Shown here: piece after piece, positions 51,382 through 64,000 of the stretch
How the letters are laid out: every line of letters begins with the position of its first letter
How positions within the stretch are numbered: position 1 is the stretch's first letter
DNA from: Malacoraja senta
Lineage: Eukaryota
Reading direction: 5' to 3'
Assembly (NCBI GenBank): GCA_038087875.1
Contig: CM075979.1
Coordinates: 86,366,001-86,430,000 of the forward strand
Length of the DNA: 64,000 nt
The notes under the pieces: model-generated
Seen by the model: only the letters and a program-made list of their open reading frames with translations
Databases searched by the model: none
Told to the model about the DNA's origin: nothing
Position numbers and translations under genes: made by a program

Positions 51382-52050
51382 ATGCATGGAAGCTCGCGGT
51401 CGGTGTGTAAAGTGGAGCAAAGTAACCAGAGTCCTGGACGCTCACCAAGATTACCAAGGTCACCACGACTGGGCCACCGGCGAACAAACAGCAGTGGAGG
51501 CAATTCTGGTGCTAATGCTGGTAGCGGTGGTGGGAAAACTTTGTCCATGGAGAATATCCAGTCACTGAATGCTGCATATGCTACATCCAGCCCCATGTAT
51601 TTAAGCGATCATGACTATGTTGGTGTAGATTCGCCCAAGACGACCATGACATTGGGTAGAGCTTCTGGACGCTTACCATTCGGTGTTAGGATGAATACCA
51701 TGGGAAGCAGTCCAAACATTGCCACAACTGGTGTGGCTAGTGATGCCATAGCTTTTGGAGAACACCACCTACCGCCAACAAGCTTAGCCTCTACTGTACC
51801 ACATTCATTGCGGCAGGCAAGGGATAATACAATTATGGATCTGCAGTCACAATTGAAAGAAGTCCTTCGTGAGAACGATCTGCTTCGAAAAGAAGTTGAC
51901 ATGAAAGAGGGAAAGCTCAGCTCTTCCATGAACAGTATCAAAACTTTTTGGAGTCCAGAGCTGAAGAAGGAGCGAGCACTTCGTAAAGATGAGGTGGCAA
52001 AGATGACTATTTGGAAAGAGCAATTTCGAGTTCAGCAGGATGAAAATCAG
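51382..52050 (+). CDS. ERC1: ERC1 (ELKS/RAB6IP2/CAST2) first coding exon, 223 codons; exon begins about 51238
   Basis: MHGSSRSVCKVEQSNQSPGRSPRLPRSPRLGHRRTNS..KTLSMENIQSLNAAYATS..SIKTFWSPELKKER..ENQ; CAG|gtggga donor; synteny with WNK1 and RAD52. Confidence 0.96.
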
Positions 52051-55000
52051 GTGGGATTCCGTTTTTTAGCTATTTGAGATGTAAAACCACAACAGTAAAT
52101 TTGAAATGTCTACAACTAATATAATTTTGTAAACTATAAATGGGAAGCAAAAACTAATACTAGTGGCTATCCATTAGCATTCAGCTTCTATGTGGAGAAT
52201 GGGTAAATTAATATTTTGTGTGCGGTTTCTTGAAATTGATAACAAATTACAAAATAAATACAGAATGCGAGAAATACTTGGCAGATCAGGCCACATCTTT
52301 GTGAAGAAGGAACCAACAATGTGAAAATCAGGTTAAAAATGTAATTAAATCCGTAATTTTTACTAATTGATATTTTGATGTGTTGCCTATGTGCAATGAA
52401 GCTGAGAGGTTGGAGAAAATACCAAATGATTACTTCCGTGTAGTTTTCCAGTCCCTTCATGTATGCATATGTACAATTCGATGACTATCTTGTAGTAATG
52501 GCCTCTATGTTTGACCCATACATTGGAAATATTTTCTCTTCGCTCCACTGTTTCAGTTTTGTAATTTTAAGGACCTCTTTTAGATTACATCTCAGCCTGA
52601 AAGACGGAGTCATGAGAAATAGAAGTAGGAGTCATAATTCTATTTTTTTATTTTTTATGACTGAGTCATTCTCAGTCATTGGTCTAGAAAGTAGGACTCA
52701 ACCATTTGACTCCTTGGGCCTGCTCCATAATTCAGCAAGATCATGGCTGATCTTTTATTTTGGTGCCAGTTTAATGTGTTGTCATAACCTGAATTTCTCA
52801 ATATACAAAAATTCCCATGCATTCAACAACTGTCTTGGGATTAGTTGGCCAATTGGGTGCAAAATTGATTTGTTGGAAGGATTTAAAGAGTGGTAGTGGA
52901 GTGTTGTCTTACTCCTTGTGGGGGTGTGGGGGGGGGGGGGGGGCTGTGAATAGTAGTGTGGCACAGGGATTGGTACTTGGTTCCCTGTTTGTTCAGCATT
53001 TTGTGTCTACTTTTTACAACCATCAGATTCTCGAGCCGACTCATGCAACCCTAATACTACCTTGGCAACAGTACACTTCTGACTTTCACTTGCATTACTA
53101 TGAACTTCTTTTTCTAATTATATATCTTCCACTAATGTCTTGATTTTTGGCACAAACGTTTTCTTCTCTTTTTGTGAAATTTGTTTTTGTGTGTTGTCAG
53201 AGTCAAAGCTGGCAGGATTTTCATTGTGCCTGCACCTCATCGTATTTGTGCATATGACAATAAACTTGACTTTTCTTGATTGACTGTGGTCATAGCTTGT
53301 CCTTGGTGTGTGAAAACAGTTTTTAGGACTAATTATATACAGAAATAGTGCTTGGCCTATACACTTGGTGCAATCTAAACTGCTTCCAAAGGCACACCAA
53401 AACTGCATTAAATTTTAACCAGGGCAGGTATTTTTAGCTGCATTTAAATGTATAAATATCCTGGTTTTGCTGCTCAGCATTCCTTGCAATCTTCAGTGTA
53501 TTTTTTTTAGTCTTTAGTCTATCTTGCCAAAGATTCGTCATCTCCCATCCTTCTTCTGATTGGTGCGAGTAAGGGATTTTTATTTGAATGGTTGATTTGA
53601 AAATAAACAGCAGCTATGCTTCTTTGGAGTCCATTTGACAGGACAGGTGCTGTACACCAACTTCAAAAAACCGTAGTCTCCTCCTGTTTAGCTGAAGAAC
53701 AGTTAAAATAGTGTAATTAAATTTGGAAAGTCAACATCACAGTATTAAAGCATGGGTCAGTGAAAAGCACTTGGCTTATGACAGCCAGTGTGGCCAGCTT
53801 AGTGCGCAAGGACTTTGAAGTTGTCAGGGTGGTATACAGCCTGGTAAGTGATCAGTAGATACAGTCGAGGAGGAGATGGGGTGTGTCATTGACACTTGTA
53901 GCAGGACACTTGGTCTCTCACATTTGTTCAGACAAAGTGGGATTGGAGTGGGTAAGGGGAATGGAGAATTCAAAATGGTTTGTATGGCAGCAGTTGGAAA
54001 TGAAAATGTCCAGAAATGGTTGATCAGCGGAGGGGTCTGTGCGAAGGAGGAGATGTTGATGTGAGAAAGAAATAGTGCTGCACCTTTCGTCTCCTTCATA
54101 TATTTACCTCACATCACCAAGTACCCAATTTCCCTATTATCCCTTTCTTTCTCTTTTATCCCTCTTTTCCCTCTTTCCCCACTCGCACCCACTTAAACCC
54201 ATCTTCCTCCCTCTGCTTTATATCTGCCCTTCAAACCCCACCCCACACCCACCTATATCCACGTATCGCTTGCCAGACTTTGTCCCACACCCAGCTCTAT
54301 TTTCCAACTACTCCCCTCTTCACTAAACAGGGTCCTGACCTGAAACAGCATCTGTCCATTCCAGATGCTGGCTGACCTGCTGAGTTCCTCCAGAACTTTG
54401 TTTATTGCAAAATATTCCATCATACTCCAGACTTTATTCCGTGATGATGGAGAAAAGGCTTTGATGTGTCTGAGATGAGACTTGTTGCAGGGATTAGATG
54501 TCGCATTTGTAGCCACAGTATTTTAGTCAGTTTAAGCTTTTAGTCATTGGCGTGTCTGGGAAGTTCATGTTGGACACACTGTAGTTATGCCAATGAATAT
54601 TAAGTACAGGTGGTTGAAGTTTTCCGTCTTGATTTGGGCTTTCACTGGCATTTGTACAGCACATGTTACTTGGTACTTATCTTTCAAGTTTAATGTTGCA
54701 AATATAGTTTCCTTTATTTTTCGAGGAATTGTGAATCAACATGAAGAAGGGTTCCAACCCAAAATGTAATCTTTCCACTTTCTTGCACAAATGCTACCTG
54801 ATTTGCTGAATTCCTCCAACAGTTTGTTTATTGCTCACGTCTTGACAGTATGCTGGATTGAATTTATCTTGCTTTTTATAGATGGTATAATTTTGGACAA
54901 TGTTCCATATTTGTTTGATAGACATGGTGGGGGGGAGGGGGGAGAAATGGAGTGAAGCTAAATGTTTTCTACTTTTTCAGTATCTTGCCATGCCCTCGCC

Positions 55001-55917
55001 CTCCTCTCCCCCACAAAAAATGATAAATCAGTACACAGTCCACCAGGGAGGCAAACATATCAAATATGTATTTTTTCTATTCTTTAAAGATTTCAATATT
55101 GTTTCAGTGATTGGACAGTTTACTTATCATTATGCATGTTTCTCCATCTGTCCTGTGTATTAACTAGTTGTTTAGTTTGTAAGGACGTTTACTTTATCTG
55201 TTACATCTCTATGATCCAAAAATTTTTAGGAATTTGCTTTCAGAAGAGTGGATATGATGGTGTATATTCTCAGATATGCAATTTCCCTTTGTACAGCTGC
55301 TTAATTTTTTTTCTTCTTCCTCCCCCCCCCCCCCCCACTTAAAAATATAAAGGGGTTCCTACAGGTGGATAGTGCATCTTCATGTCCAATATGCACACAA
55401 TGGCTTTTGCAAACACAGCTGATTTTCTGGGATCAACTTTGCTGTGAATAATTTTTTTTGTAAAAGATGTATTAAACATAAAAATTGAGCATATTTTGCA
55501 TGAGCAACATCGCGATTTACAAATTAGAGAATCTAAATTGTGAACTTGAAACCTCATACCCTGTTACCAAGACTATCTAATTGCATGCAACATAATCTTT
55601 CTCTCGAACCATCTGCTGCTGAAATCCTCACAGAATGACGATCAAGTCTTGAGCTCAAACAATGTAAAAGCAAATGCAGGAATTCAGATGCCAGCTCTCA
55701 GATGCAATATGTAAATCAAGTTTTGTCTGTTGCATTAGGTTGATATTATGTTCCATTCAGGGGAAGAGCAAGATAGTTGCTTCTGTCCCAATGTATTTCT
55801 TTTACTTTTTTTTTCACCCACATTGTAAACTTGCTCCATGTTAATTGGGCCATTAGTTTCTCAATTGAAGGGATATTGGTTCTAAAGATGAATAAATGTG
55901 TGTCTTTTTCCTTCCTT

Positions 55918-56830
55918 TCAAGTCAAGTCAAGTTTTATTCGGCACTTGCACATAAAGTGCAAGTGAAATGAATTTGCCAGCAGCGGTACAATAAAAAACC
56001 CCACACAAAACACAATAAAAATTTAACACAAAAATCCACCACAGCATTCATCACTGTGGTGGAAGGCACAAAAATTGGCCAGTGCTCCTCCATTTCCCCC
56101 CGTGGTCGGGACCTCAACCCTCCGCAGTCGCCGCAGGCCATCCAGATGTTCAGACAAGGTAAGTCCAGGTGAGTCCTGAATCGGTGCCTCCCCACTGGAG
56201 ACCGCAGCTTCAAGTTGGTGCAGGCCAGCGGCCGAAGATCTAAAGTCCCCGCCGCGCCGCAGCAAGAAGCACCGCAGACTGCAGGGCCAGCGGACGGAGC
56301 TCCTCTCCAGGGATCCCTGGCGAGGGATCCCAGGCTCCGGATGGTAAGTCCCTGCTGCGCCTGCGGTAGAAGTTGGCCGCGGGCCGGCGGTCGGAGCTCT
56401 TCTTCTCCCGGGTCACCAGCGAGGGATCCCAGGCTCCGGACGCAGCGGCAGCTGGAGCTCTGCAGACCGCGGCTTCAGGCTGCCGCGGGCCAGCGAACGG
56501 AGCGCTCCCCTCCGGCGACCCCCGGCGAGGGCTCGCTCGCTCTGCGACGAAAGCGTCCTCGCTGCACCCGCGGCTGAAGCCCCGGGCACGTCTCCGGGAA
56601 AGGCCACACCAATCCTCGATGTTAGGCCACGAGGGGAGGCGACATGGAAAAAGTCGCCTCTCCGTGGAGGAGGCGACCGAAACGGTTTCCCCCTTACCCC
56701 TCACACCACCCCCCACACAAGACACACAGAGAGACATTAAAAACACATATTAAGACACACTAAAAAAACAAAAAAAGTAGAAAAAACTAACACGCTGCTG
56801 GCAGGGCTGCCGGCTCACAGCGCCCCCACC
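55918..56830 (-). mobile_element. GC/CpG-rich non-coding retroposon-like element (about 0.9 kb)
   Basis: Minus strand ends AATAAAA(CTTGA)n (simple-repeat LINE-type tail) and starts GGTGGGGGCGCTG. Internal 22-bp direct repeat GCGAGGGATCCCAGGCTCCGGA. No recognisable protein. Confidence 0.55.
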
Positions 56831-58240
56831 TCCACCCTCTCTGCAAACAAATCTTCTGACCTTGATGTCATTCATGGTTGAGTTAGTGATAATTTCTCCA
56901 TTTAATTTGAATATTATTCAAGTCGGACTTCAGGAATTATTTCCCAATTCCAATGGAAGGTCATCGATCTGCAATATTAACTCTTTTTCTGTAGGCAGTT
57001 ACTGCATAACTGCTAAATATTTTCAGCATTTGCTGCTTTTTAAAATTTTGGATTTACAGGATCTGCATTTGTTTTTTCGCGATTTAAATGAACCATTAAA
57101 GCTAAAATAAAGATCTGGAAATGAAAATGTGATTAAGATTTAGAAATATGCAAGGTTTAGTTAAAAATTAGTGTTTCATTTGCACAGCCTTGGTGAGGTG
57201 CCATCTAAAAACCTATTCTGTACTGGTATTGCATCTGCAGAAAATTTCATATATTTTAGCTGCATTTATACCAGCACTTGAAACTTAAATCATGAGACAG
57301 ATGAGTGAAGAAGCGTTCATCAATTCCCCCCCCCCCCCCCCCCCCCCCCCCCTCCCCGCCACAAAAAAAAGAGGCTGATGTTTAAAAATGATAAAAAAGA
57401 TAAATCCAGTGAAATTGCTGATCCAGATTCTGATCCAGAAATTTGAGACTGTCTCAAAAACCAGGAAACACTTTGAATACTTGTGGAATTCTCTCCCAAA
57501 AGGCAATGAATATGGACCAGCAGATTTTTTTTTTTTCAATTTGAATGTCAACATTTTATTTGGACATATGTACAAAGTGAGAGTGCAGATGAGCTATAAA
57601 TTGGGCATCACATAATTGAATGGTGGAATAGGCTTGAGGGTCTGAATGGCCTATTTCTGTTTTGGATACAAATTCTATTTCAGTTCTTTAACTTGTGTAA
57701 ATAATTAATTTGATTTGAAGGCGACATGGTATATAGTTTGTTTTGTAATCTATTAGTTTATTATCCTTTTTAGAGGGTAATGGATGGTTATTTGAAAGGA
57801 AATCGATCTTGCATTTTGTGAGATCAATCATTAATGCATAATAGAGGATTGAAACATTGAGCAATGATGTCCTGCACAGCTGAATTGTTTGAATCATGAT
57901 GAACAGTAGTGAGTAATCATAGTTGGAAAAACTGAACAAAACATTTCAGCTGTGCAGATCTTATGTAAATAATCAAATAAAATGTGCAGGCAGAATATAA
58001 AGACAAATAAAATAGAAAAGCAAAGCACAGGAACAGGCCCTTCAACCCACAATGTCCATGCCAAACATGACACCAAGTTAAACTAATCTCTGCCTGCACG
58101 TGAACCATTCCTTGCATATTTGTGCGCGTATCATCTAAAAGCCTCTTAAATATCACTCTCATTCCTGCCTCCTCCACCACCTTTCCTGGCAGCTATCACC
58201 TACTGTGTGGATAGGAAAACAAAATTTGCCTGGCATATCT

Positions 58241-59985
58241 CAATAGACAATAGGTGCAGGAGTAGGCCATTCGGCCCTTCGTGCCAGCACGCCATTCACT
58301 GTAATCATGGCTGATCATCCACAATCAGTACCCTGTTCCTGCCTTCTCCCCATATCCCTTGACTCCGCTATCTTTAAGAGCTCAACCTAACTCACTCTGG
58401 AAAGAATCCAGAGAATTGGCGTCCACTGCCTTCTGAGACAGAGAATTCCACATTCACAACTCTCTGGGTGAAAACATTTTTCCTCATCTCCGTTCTAAAC
58501 GGCCTACCCCTTATTCTTAAACTGTGGCCCCTGGTTCTGGACTCCCCCAACGTCAGGAACATGTTTCCTGGCTCCAGCATGTCCAATCCCTTAATAATCT
58601 TATATGTTTTTCCTGTCATCCTTCTAAGTTCCAGTGTATACAAGCACAGTCGCTCCATTCTTTCAACATATGACAGTCCCGCCATCCCGGGAATTAATCT
58701 CATGAACCGCTGCACTCCCTCAATAGCAAGAATGTCCTTCCTCAAATTTGGAGACCAAAACTGTACACAATGCAGGTGTGATCTCACTAGGGCCTTGTAC
58801 AACTGTAGAAGGACCTCTGCTCCAATAATCAACTACTCTTATTATGAAGGCCAACATGCCATTAGCTTTCTTCACTGCCTGCTGTATCTGCATGCTTACT
58901 TTCAGTGTCTGATGAACATGTACACCAGATCTCTTTGTACTTCCCCTTTTCCTAACTTGATACCATTCAGATAATAATCTACCTTCCTGTGCTTGCCACC
59001 AAAGAGGATAACCTCACATTTATCCACATTAAACTGCATCTGCCCACTCACCCAACCTGTCCAAGTCACTCGGCATCCTCCTAGCATCCTCCTCACAGTT
59101 CACACTTCACCCAGCTTTGCGTCATCTGCAAATTTGCTAATGTTACTCTTAATCCCTTCATCTAAATCATTAATGTATATTGTAAATAGCTGCGGTCCCA
59201 GCACCGAGCCTTGCGGTACCCCACTAGTCACTGCCTGCCATTCTGAAAGGGACCTGTTAATTCCTACTCTTTGTTTCCTGTCTGCCAACCAATTTTCTAT
59301 CCATATCAGTACCCTACCCCCAATAACATGTGCCCTAATTTTGCCCATTAATCTCCTATGTGGGACTTTATCGAAGGCTTTCTGAAAGTCCAGGTACACT
59401 ACATCCACTGGCTCTCCCTTGACCATTTTCCTAGTTACATCCTCAAAAAAGTCCAGAAGATTAGTCAAGCATGATTTCCCCTTCGTAAATCCATGCTGAA
59501 TCATGTTACTGGTATCCAAATGTCATCTTTTATAATTGACTCCAGCATCTTGCCACCACCGATGTCAGGCTAACTGGTCTATAATTTCCTGTTTTCTCTC
59601 TCCCTCCTTTCTAAAAAAAAAAGTGGGATAACATTAGCTACCCTCCAATCAACAGTAACTGATCCTGAATCTATAGAACATTGGAAAATGATCACCAATG
59701 CATCCACGATTTCTAGAGCCACTTCCTTAAGTATCCTGGGATGCAGACCATCAGGCCCTGGGGATTTATCAGCCTTCAGTCCCATCAGTCTACCCAACAC
59801 CATTTCCTGCCTAATGTGAATTTCCTTCAGTTCCTCTGTCACCCTAGGTCTTCTGCCCACTAGTACATCTGGGAGATTGTTTGTGTCTTCCTTAGCGAAG
59901 AAAGATCCAAAGTACCTGTTCAACTCGTCTGCCATTTCCTTGTTCCCCATAATAAATTCCCCTGTTTCTGTCTTCAAGGGACCCA
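58241..59985 (-). mobile_element. CR1 (HER1-like) LINE, 5'-truncated ORF2 with RT domain
   Basis: [57 protein letters not shown]; 3'UTR and (CTATTGT)n tail; frameshifted. Confidence 0.93.
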
Positions 59986-60144
59986 AATGTCCGTTAAAAC
60001 TTTGTCCCTATCACCTTAACACTATGCCTTCCACTATAATGTGTATAATGTTTGCAGATTAATAATTTCTGACTCAACCTTGACGAGCTGAACCTTAATG
60101 TCTATGTTTTGGTATAGTTGGGTTGATAAAAATACATCTATTGA

Positions 60145-60570
60145 TGTTCCTGAACACATCATCTTCGCGTCTTTCAACATCAGACACCCTCACCCAGGTG
60201 ACCCAGCCGTGGTTGATCAGACCACGACGTGTTCAGGTTGCATTCGCTCCTCCCCATGGACCTCCTCTCCTGATCCAGAGTCATCTCGAGGCTTTCTCCT
60301 CTGCCTCTGTGGTGTTCTTGATGGCTCTTCTCCTCTCCATTCCGTTGATGCCCAGTGCACTCGAGGCTTTGTAGAGCGATTGCCCTGCAAAACGTCTGCA
60401 GCCATCCTCGATGGGCATCCACCTTGCCTTCCAGCCCTGCTTACGGCAGTCTATGACCAGCTCTTCGTACTTGGTCTTCCTCTCGTGGGCCTCCTCCAGA
60501 CGGTCCTCCCACGGCACTGTCAGTTCCAACAAGACAATGTTTTTGGTCGCCTTTGAGATTATGGTGATGT
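60145..60570 (-). mobile_element. RLE-type non-LTR retrotransposon 3' fragment (HERO-like)
   Basis: IVLLELTVPWEDRLEEAHERKTKYEELV..GWKAR..IE.GCR.FAGQSL, a restriction-like endonuclease C-terminus typical of HERO/R2-group elements. Confidence 0.75.
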
Positions 60571-61170
60571 TACAAATAGAAAATAAGAGGATAATTGATA
60601 TCTTCAATAATTACTTTGTCGGCCATTGACTCTGTATTGAAGCTGCAGTGCCAGTGTGGTGAAATTGCTTATAATACAAATTGATTGTCATTTTGTAAAG
60701 TAATCTTGAATTCACAAACGGGAATGTATTTTCCAATATTATATCAGTGATTATCTGTTAGAAATACTTGCCTGGAATGAGTGAGACTGTTCCAATAAAT
60801 GTAATTCAAGCTTTTATTCAACTATAGCTGTCCAAATGCAGTATCTGACTGTCCTGCTGTCACATTAGCGGAGACAGGCGACTTGGAGTGGAGTCATCTT
60901 TTTTTAAGTAATCAAAAAGTATTTCACTTAATTTCATCCCATTATGCCAGTTTGAGTTGTAGCCGAACCAGATTCCAGTGTTTCGGAAATGCGTGCTTAG
61001 ACTAATCAGCTAGCCATGATTTTGCTCTCTATGAATCATTATTTTGGTGAGTTATTTTAGGCAAAAATTGTTTTTGTTTTTTTAATTGAAAATTAAGCAT
61101 ATAATTTGTGTGGTAAGATATTGGACATTTTGCAGACATTTTTATGTAATTATTTCTTTCTGGATTACAG

Positions 61171-61587
61171 CACCTTCAGATGACTATTCAAGCATTGCAG
61201 GATGAACTCCGAATCCAGCGGGATCTGAACCAACTCCTTCAGCAGGACAACAGCATCCGAACCAGTGAACCATTTGTCATTGAGTTGACTGAGGAAAATT
61301 TCCATCATCTTCACACTGAACATGAACGTCAGGCGAAGGAGCTATTCCTATTGCGCAAGACTTTGGAGGAAATGGAGTTGCGCATTGAGACTCAGAAACA
61401 AACCCTTAGTGCCCGCGATGAGTCAATTAAAAAACTCCTGGAAATGTTACAGAGCAAAGGACTTTCCTCTAAGGTGACAGAAGAGGACCACGAGCGAATA
61501 AGGCGACTAGCTGAAGCCGAGATGCTTGTGAACCAGTTAGAAAACATCCTTGATCAAAAAGATAAAGAAAATCATCAGCTAAGAGAA
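61171..61587 (+). CDS. ERC1: ERC1 second coding exon (139 codons)
   Basis: ttacag acceptor; HLQMTIQALQDELRIQRDLNQL...ERQAKELFLLRKTLEEMELRIETQKQTL...QLRE; GAA|gtaaaa donor. Confidence 0.96.
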
Positions 61588-62055
61588 GTAAAAGTTATTT
61601 TGTACTATTTGATATATAATGAACTTAATATTGAAAATTCCTTTAAGCCGTGTTAAATATACATTGTCTTCACATTTAATGTGCGTGCACATTTAATATG
61701 TTGTATTGGAAGGAAAAGTTTCCAAATCTAGTTCCTGACACTTAATAAATTTGAGTCATTGTCAGCTGAGATGTAAATCCAACTAAGATTTTCAATTTGA
61801 AAGCTATCTGAAACCTTAGTTGACAAATTGTCCATAGCTGTCATCCACTACAGTATTACTCTGATATTTGTCGTCATATGTTGCTAATATTGTTAAGTTT
61901 ATGAAATAAATGATTTAAATTATGGAACATCATGAAGTACTATCCAAGGGTATAAAAGCCATTGGTTGTCAACTTTACATGAATAATGACCTACTTGCCT
62001 CTAGATCACTATATTTTGGATTCAAATTGCAAATAAGTTGCCTCTAATACTTAGT

Positions 62056-62217
62056 GTGTAGGAAGGAACTGCAGATGCTGGTTAAACCAAAGATAGACAC
62101 AAAATGCTGGAGTAACTCAGCAGACAGGCAGCATCTCTGGAGAGAAGGAATGGGTGATGTTTTGGGTTGAGAAGGGTCTGTCCTGTTGAGTTACTCCAGC
62201 ATTTTGTGCCTATCTTT
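62056..62217. mobile_element. Palindromic Penelope pLTR-derived short element
   Basis: aaagatagacacaaaatgctggagtaactcagc...gttgagttactccagcattttgtgcctatcttt inverted arms. Confidence 0.75.
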
Positions 62218-63912
62218 GCCTCTAATACCTGTTAGATTGTTTTAGAGATTCTGGAAATGCCACCCATTTGGGTGATATATTAGGCAGATATTTTGCTTAC
62301 CTATTCCAATGATTTCTTGGGACTTTTTACAAAAGGACAATAGTTTCTGTTTCTAATTTCAGTACATAGATCAAGTTAAGTTTGCCCATTTCTCAAAACA
62401 TTTTGCTCGCGTTGATTTCTCTTGGATAAGTGTGCTTTTATGGACTCAAAAATCAATATAGAATACATTGGTAATTTCAAATTAGGAAGGCAACCACTAT
62501 TTTGACTTGTATAAAGATTTTAGTGAGAGTAAAGAATCTTCCTGCAATTACACAGGGCCCTGTGTTGCAACAGGAACTAATATACTGTGAGCCTATCGGG
62601 CCACCTTACCAAAAATAAACATTTACAATAGACTAGTTGGAACATAGATTAATCGGGCTGGGCTCGGGCTCAGGAATATGGAAGAATAATAAATGATCTC
62701 ATTTGAAACATATGGGGCTTAACAGGGGAGATATAAAGTTGTTTCCCCTGGCTTGGGTGCTTGGAATGAGAGGTCGAAGTCTCAAAATAAGTGGTCAGCT
62801 ATTTAGGGCAAAAATGTTTGTTTTAAATCATCCAGAAGATAGTGAATCTTTGAAATTCCCTACTCACGAGAGCTGTGAACATTTGGTAGCTGATTCTTTT
62901 AAGGAGACCAAGAGATTTTAGGATATTAAGGGATTTGATGGATTGGGGTAATGCAGGAGAGTGAGGCAATAAAAGATGAACCACGATCGTATTAAATGAC
63001 AGTATAGATAGGAGGGGCCAAAAGGGCTCTGTTTCCATTTCCTACATTCTTCTGTCTGGAAAAAGTGGGAAGGTGATACAGTAAATCCCTATTATTCTGT
63101 TATCTGGCTAGTCACAAAACTGAGTGGTTCAGCATTCGGCTCGGGGTTCCATTTATTATATTTAAGGTTAACTGGCTCACTTGGAAATCTATCACCCTAT
63201 GGTGTATTTTTTTATAAAGTAGTAAGTTTAAAAAATAAAATATAGAAAACAAAGTCTGGCAGCATAAGACCCAATCATGCTTGATTATTGGTGCTTTTCT
63301 GTAATTTGGTTGTCATCCTCAAATGCTTTATCCATACTTAATCCACTTTGATATCTTAATCTTTTTTACACACTTCTCATTTCTGATTTGCAAACAGTTT
63401 GAACTTGGCAGAGGTCCATGTTCTCTACTAGTTGCCAGATCCCATTAAATTGTTGGTCAAAACATTAATTGTATAAATAAATGACTTGCTGCTACACAAA
63501 AGCAGCAGTATTCAGTCCCATGACATAATTAACTGTGCTAAAGAAGAGAGTCAAGAATGTTTTTATTGACATATGCACCAGAAACAGAACAATGATATTC
63601 TTTCATGCGGCATCTTTACTGGCACATTGGTACAACAACACAACAGAGAAATAAAGAACGAGTGAATCATGAGGATGCATTGTTAAACCTATGATTTGTC
63701 AGTAACATTTTAGACATCATGATTTTGGACACTGAAGAAGTCTTGAAATACAATGTATCAGGCATATAATTATCAATCTGAAACTTGTGCAGGTAGAGAT
63801 AGAGTATCTTAAATTTGAAAGAATATCCCAAGGGAACTAAAACTATGAAAGGGGCATCTTTTTGGGAGGTTTGCTTTATTGATTTGATTGCACCCTGAAT
63901 TGATTTTCACAG

Positions 63913-63987
63913 GATATTCAGCGGAGATGCGAAGTGGGTCCAGACTCTGCCAAGACAAAGGCCTTACAAACTGTTGTTGAAATGAAG
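63913..63987 (+). CDS. ERC1: ERC1 third coding exon (DIQRRCEVGPDSAKTKALQTVVEMK); gene continues beyond the window
   Basis: ttttcacag acceptor, AAG|gtaaat donor, 75 nt; PDSAKTKALQTV.EMK as in human. Confidence 0.93.
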
Positions 63988-64000
63988 GTAAATTAGATTT

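Noticed and set aside
56215-56753. Overlapping 120-168 aa ORFs
   Set aside because: Low-complexity products of a GC-rich repeat element on both strands; no domain motifs.
57326-57352. Long poly-C/poly-G tracts (also about 46234, 52928 and 55322) as G-quadruplex elements
   Set aside because: Simple homopolymers with uncertain length accuracy and no supporting context.

Overview
Eukaryotic vertebrate DNA, AT-rich and spliced. The repeat repertoire (HE1-type V-SINE, CR1/HER1-like LINEs, abundant Penelope-like elements) suggests a cartilaginous fish, probably a skate or ray; this is inference. The window holds the conserved vertebrate block WNK1 (3' end, +), RAD52 (complete, -) and ERC1/ELKS (5' end, +). 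I reconstructed RAD52 by hand as 11 GT-AG coding exons, 1209 nt, 402 aa, ending in an NLS. RAD52 and ERC1 diverge from one compact CpG island at about 37.9-38.6 kb. WNK1 and RAD52 converge tail-to-tail. The introns contain Penelope-like elements (RT plus GIY-YIG), a decayed Ty3/Gypsy element, CR1 and Rex1/Babar LINEs, a HERO-like fragment, PIF/Harbinger and Tc1-like DNA transposon derivatives, and SINEs. The most interesting signals are missed by the ORF track. (1) Three frame-preserving phase-1 WNK1 microexon candidates (24, 6/9 and 42 nt) with SRRM4-type UGC and clustered RBFOX motifs build a W-K-M-V-K-K-V-C-P-C-x3-C insert. (2) Many Penelope pLTR-derived short elements carry minimal hammerhead ribozyme cores, including a core-intact copy on the RAD52 sense strand 38 nt into intron 1. 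(3) A perfect 32-bp hairpin and a TSD-flanked Penelope insertion with a 7x tandem 5' end lie inside the Gypsy relic. All calls come from reading the sequence and recalling protein families; no searches were run.
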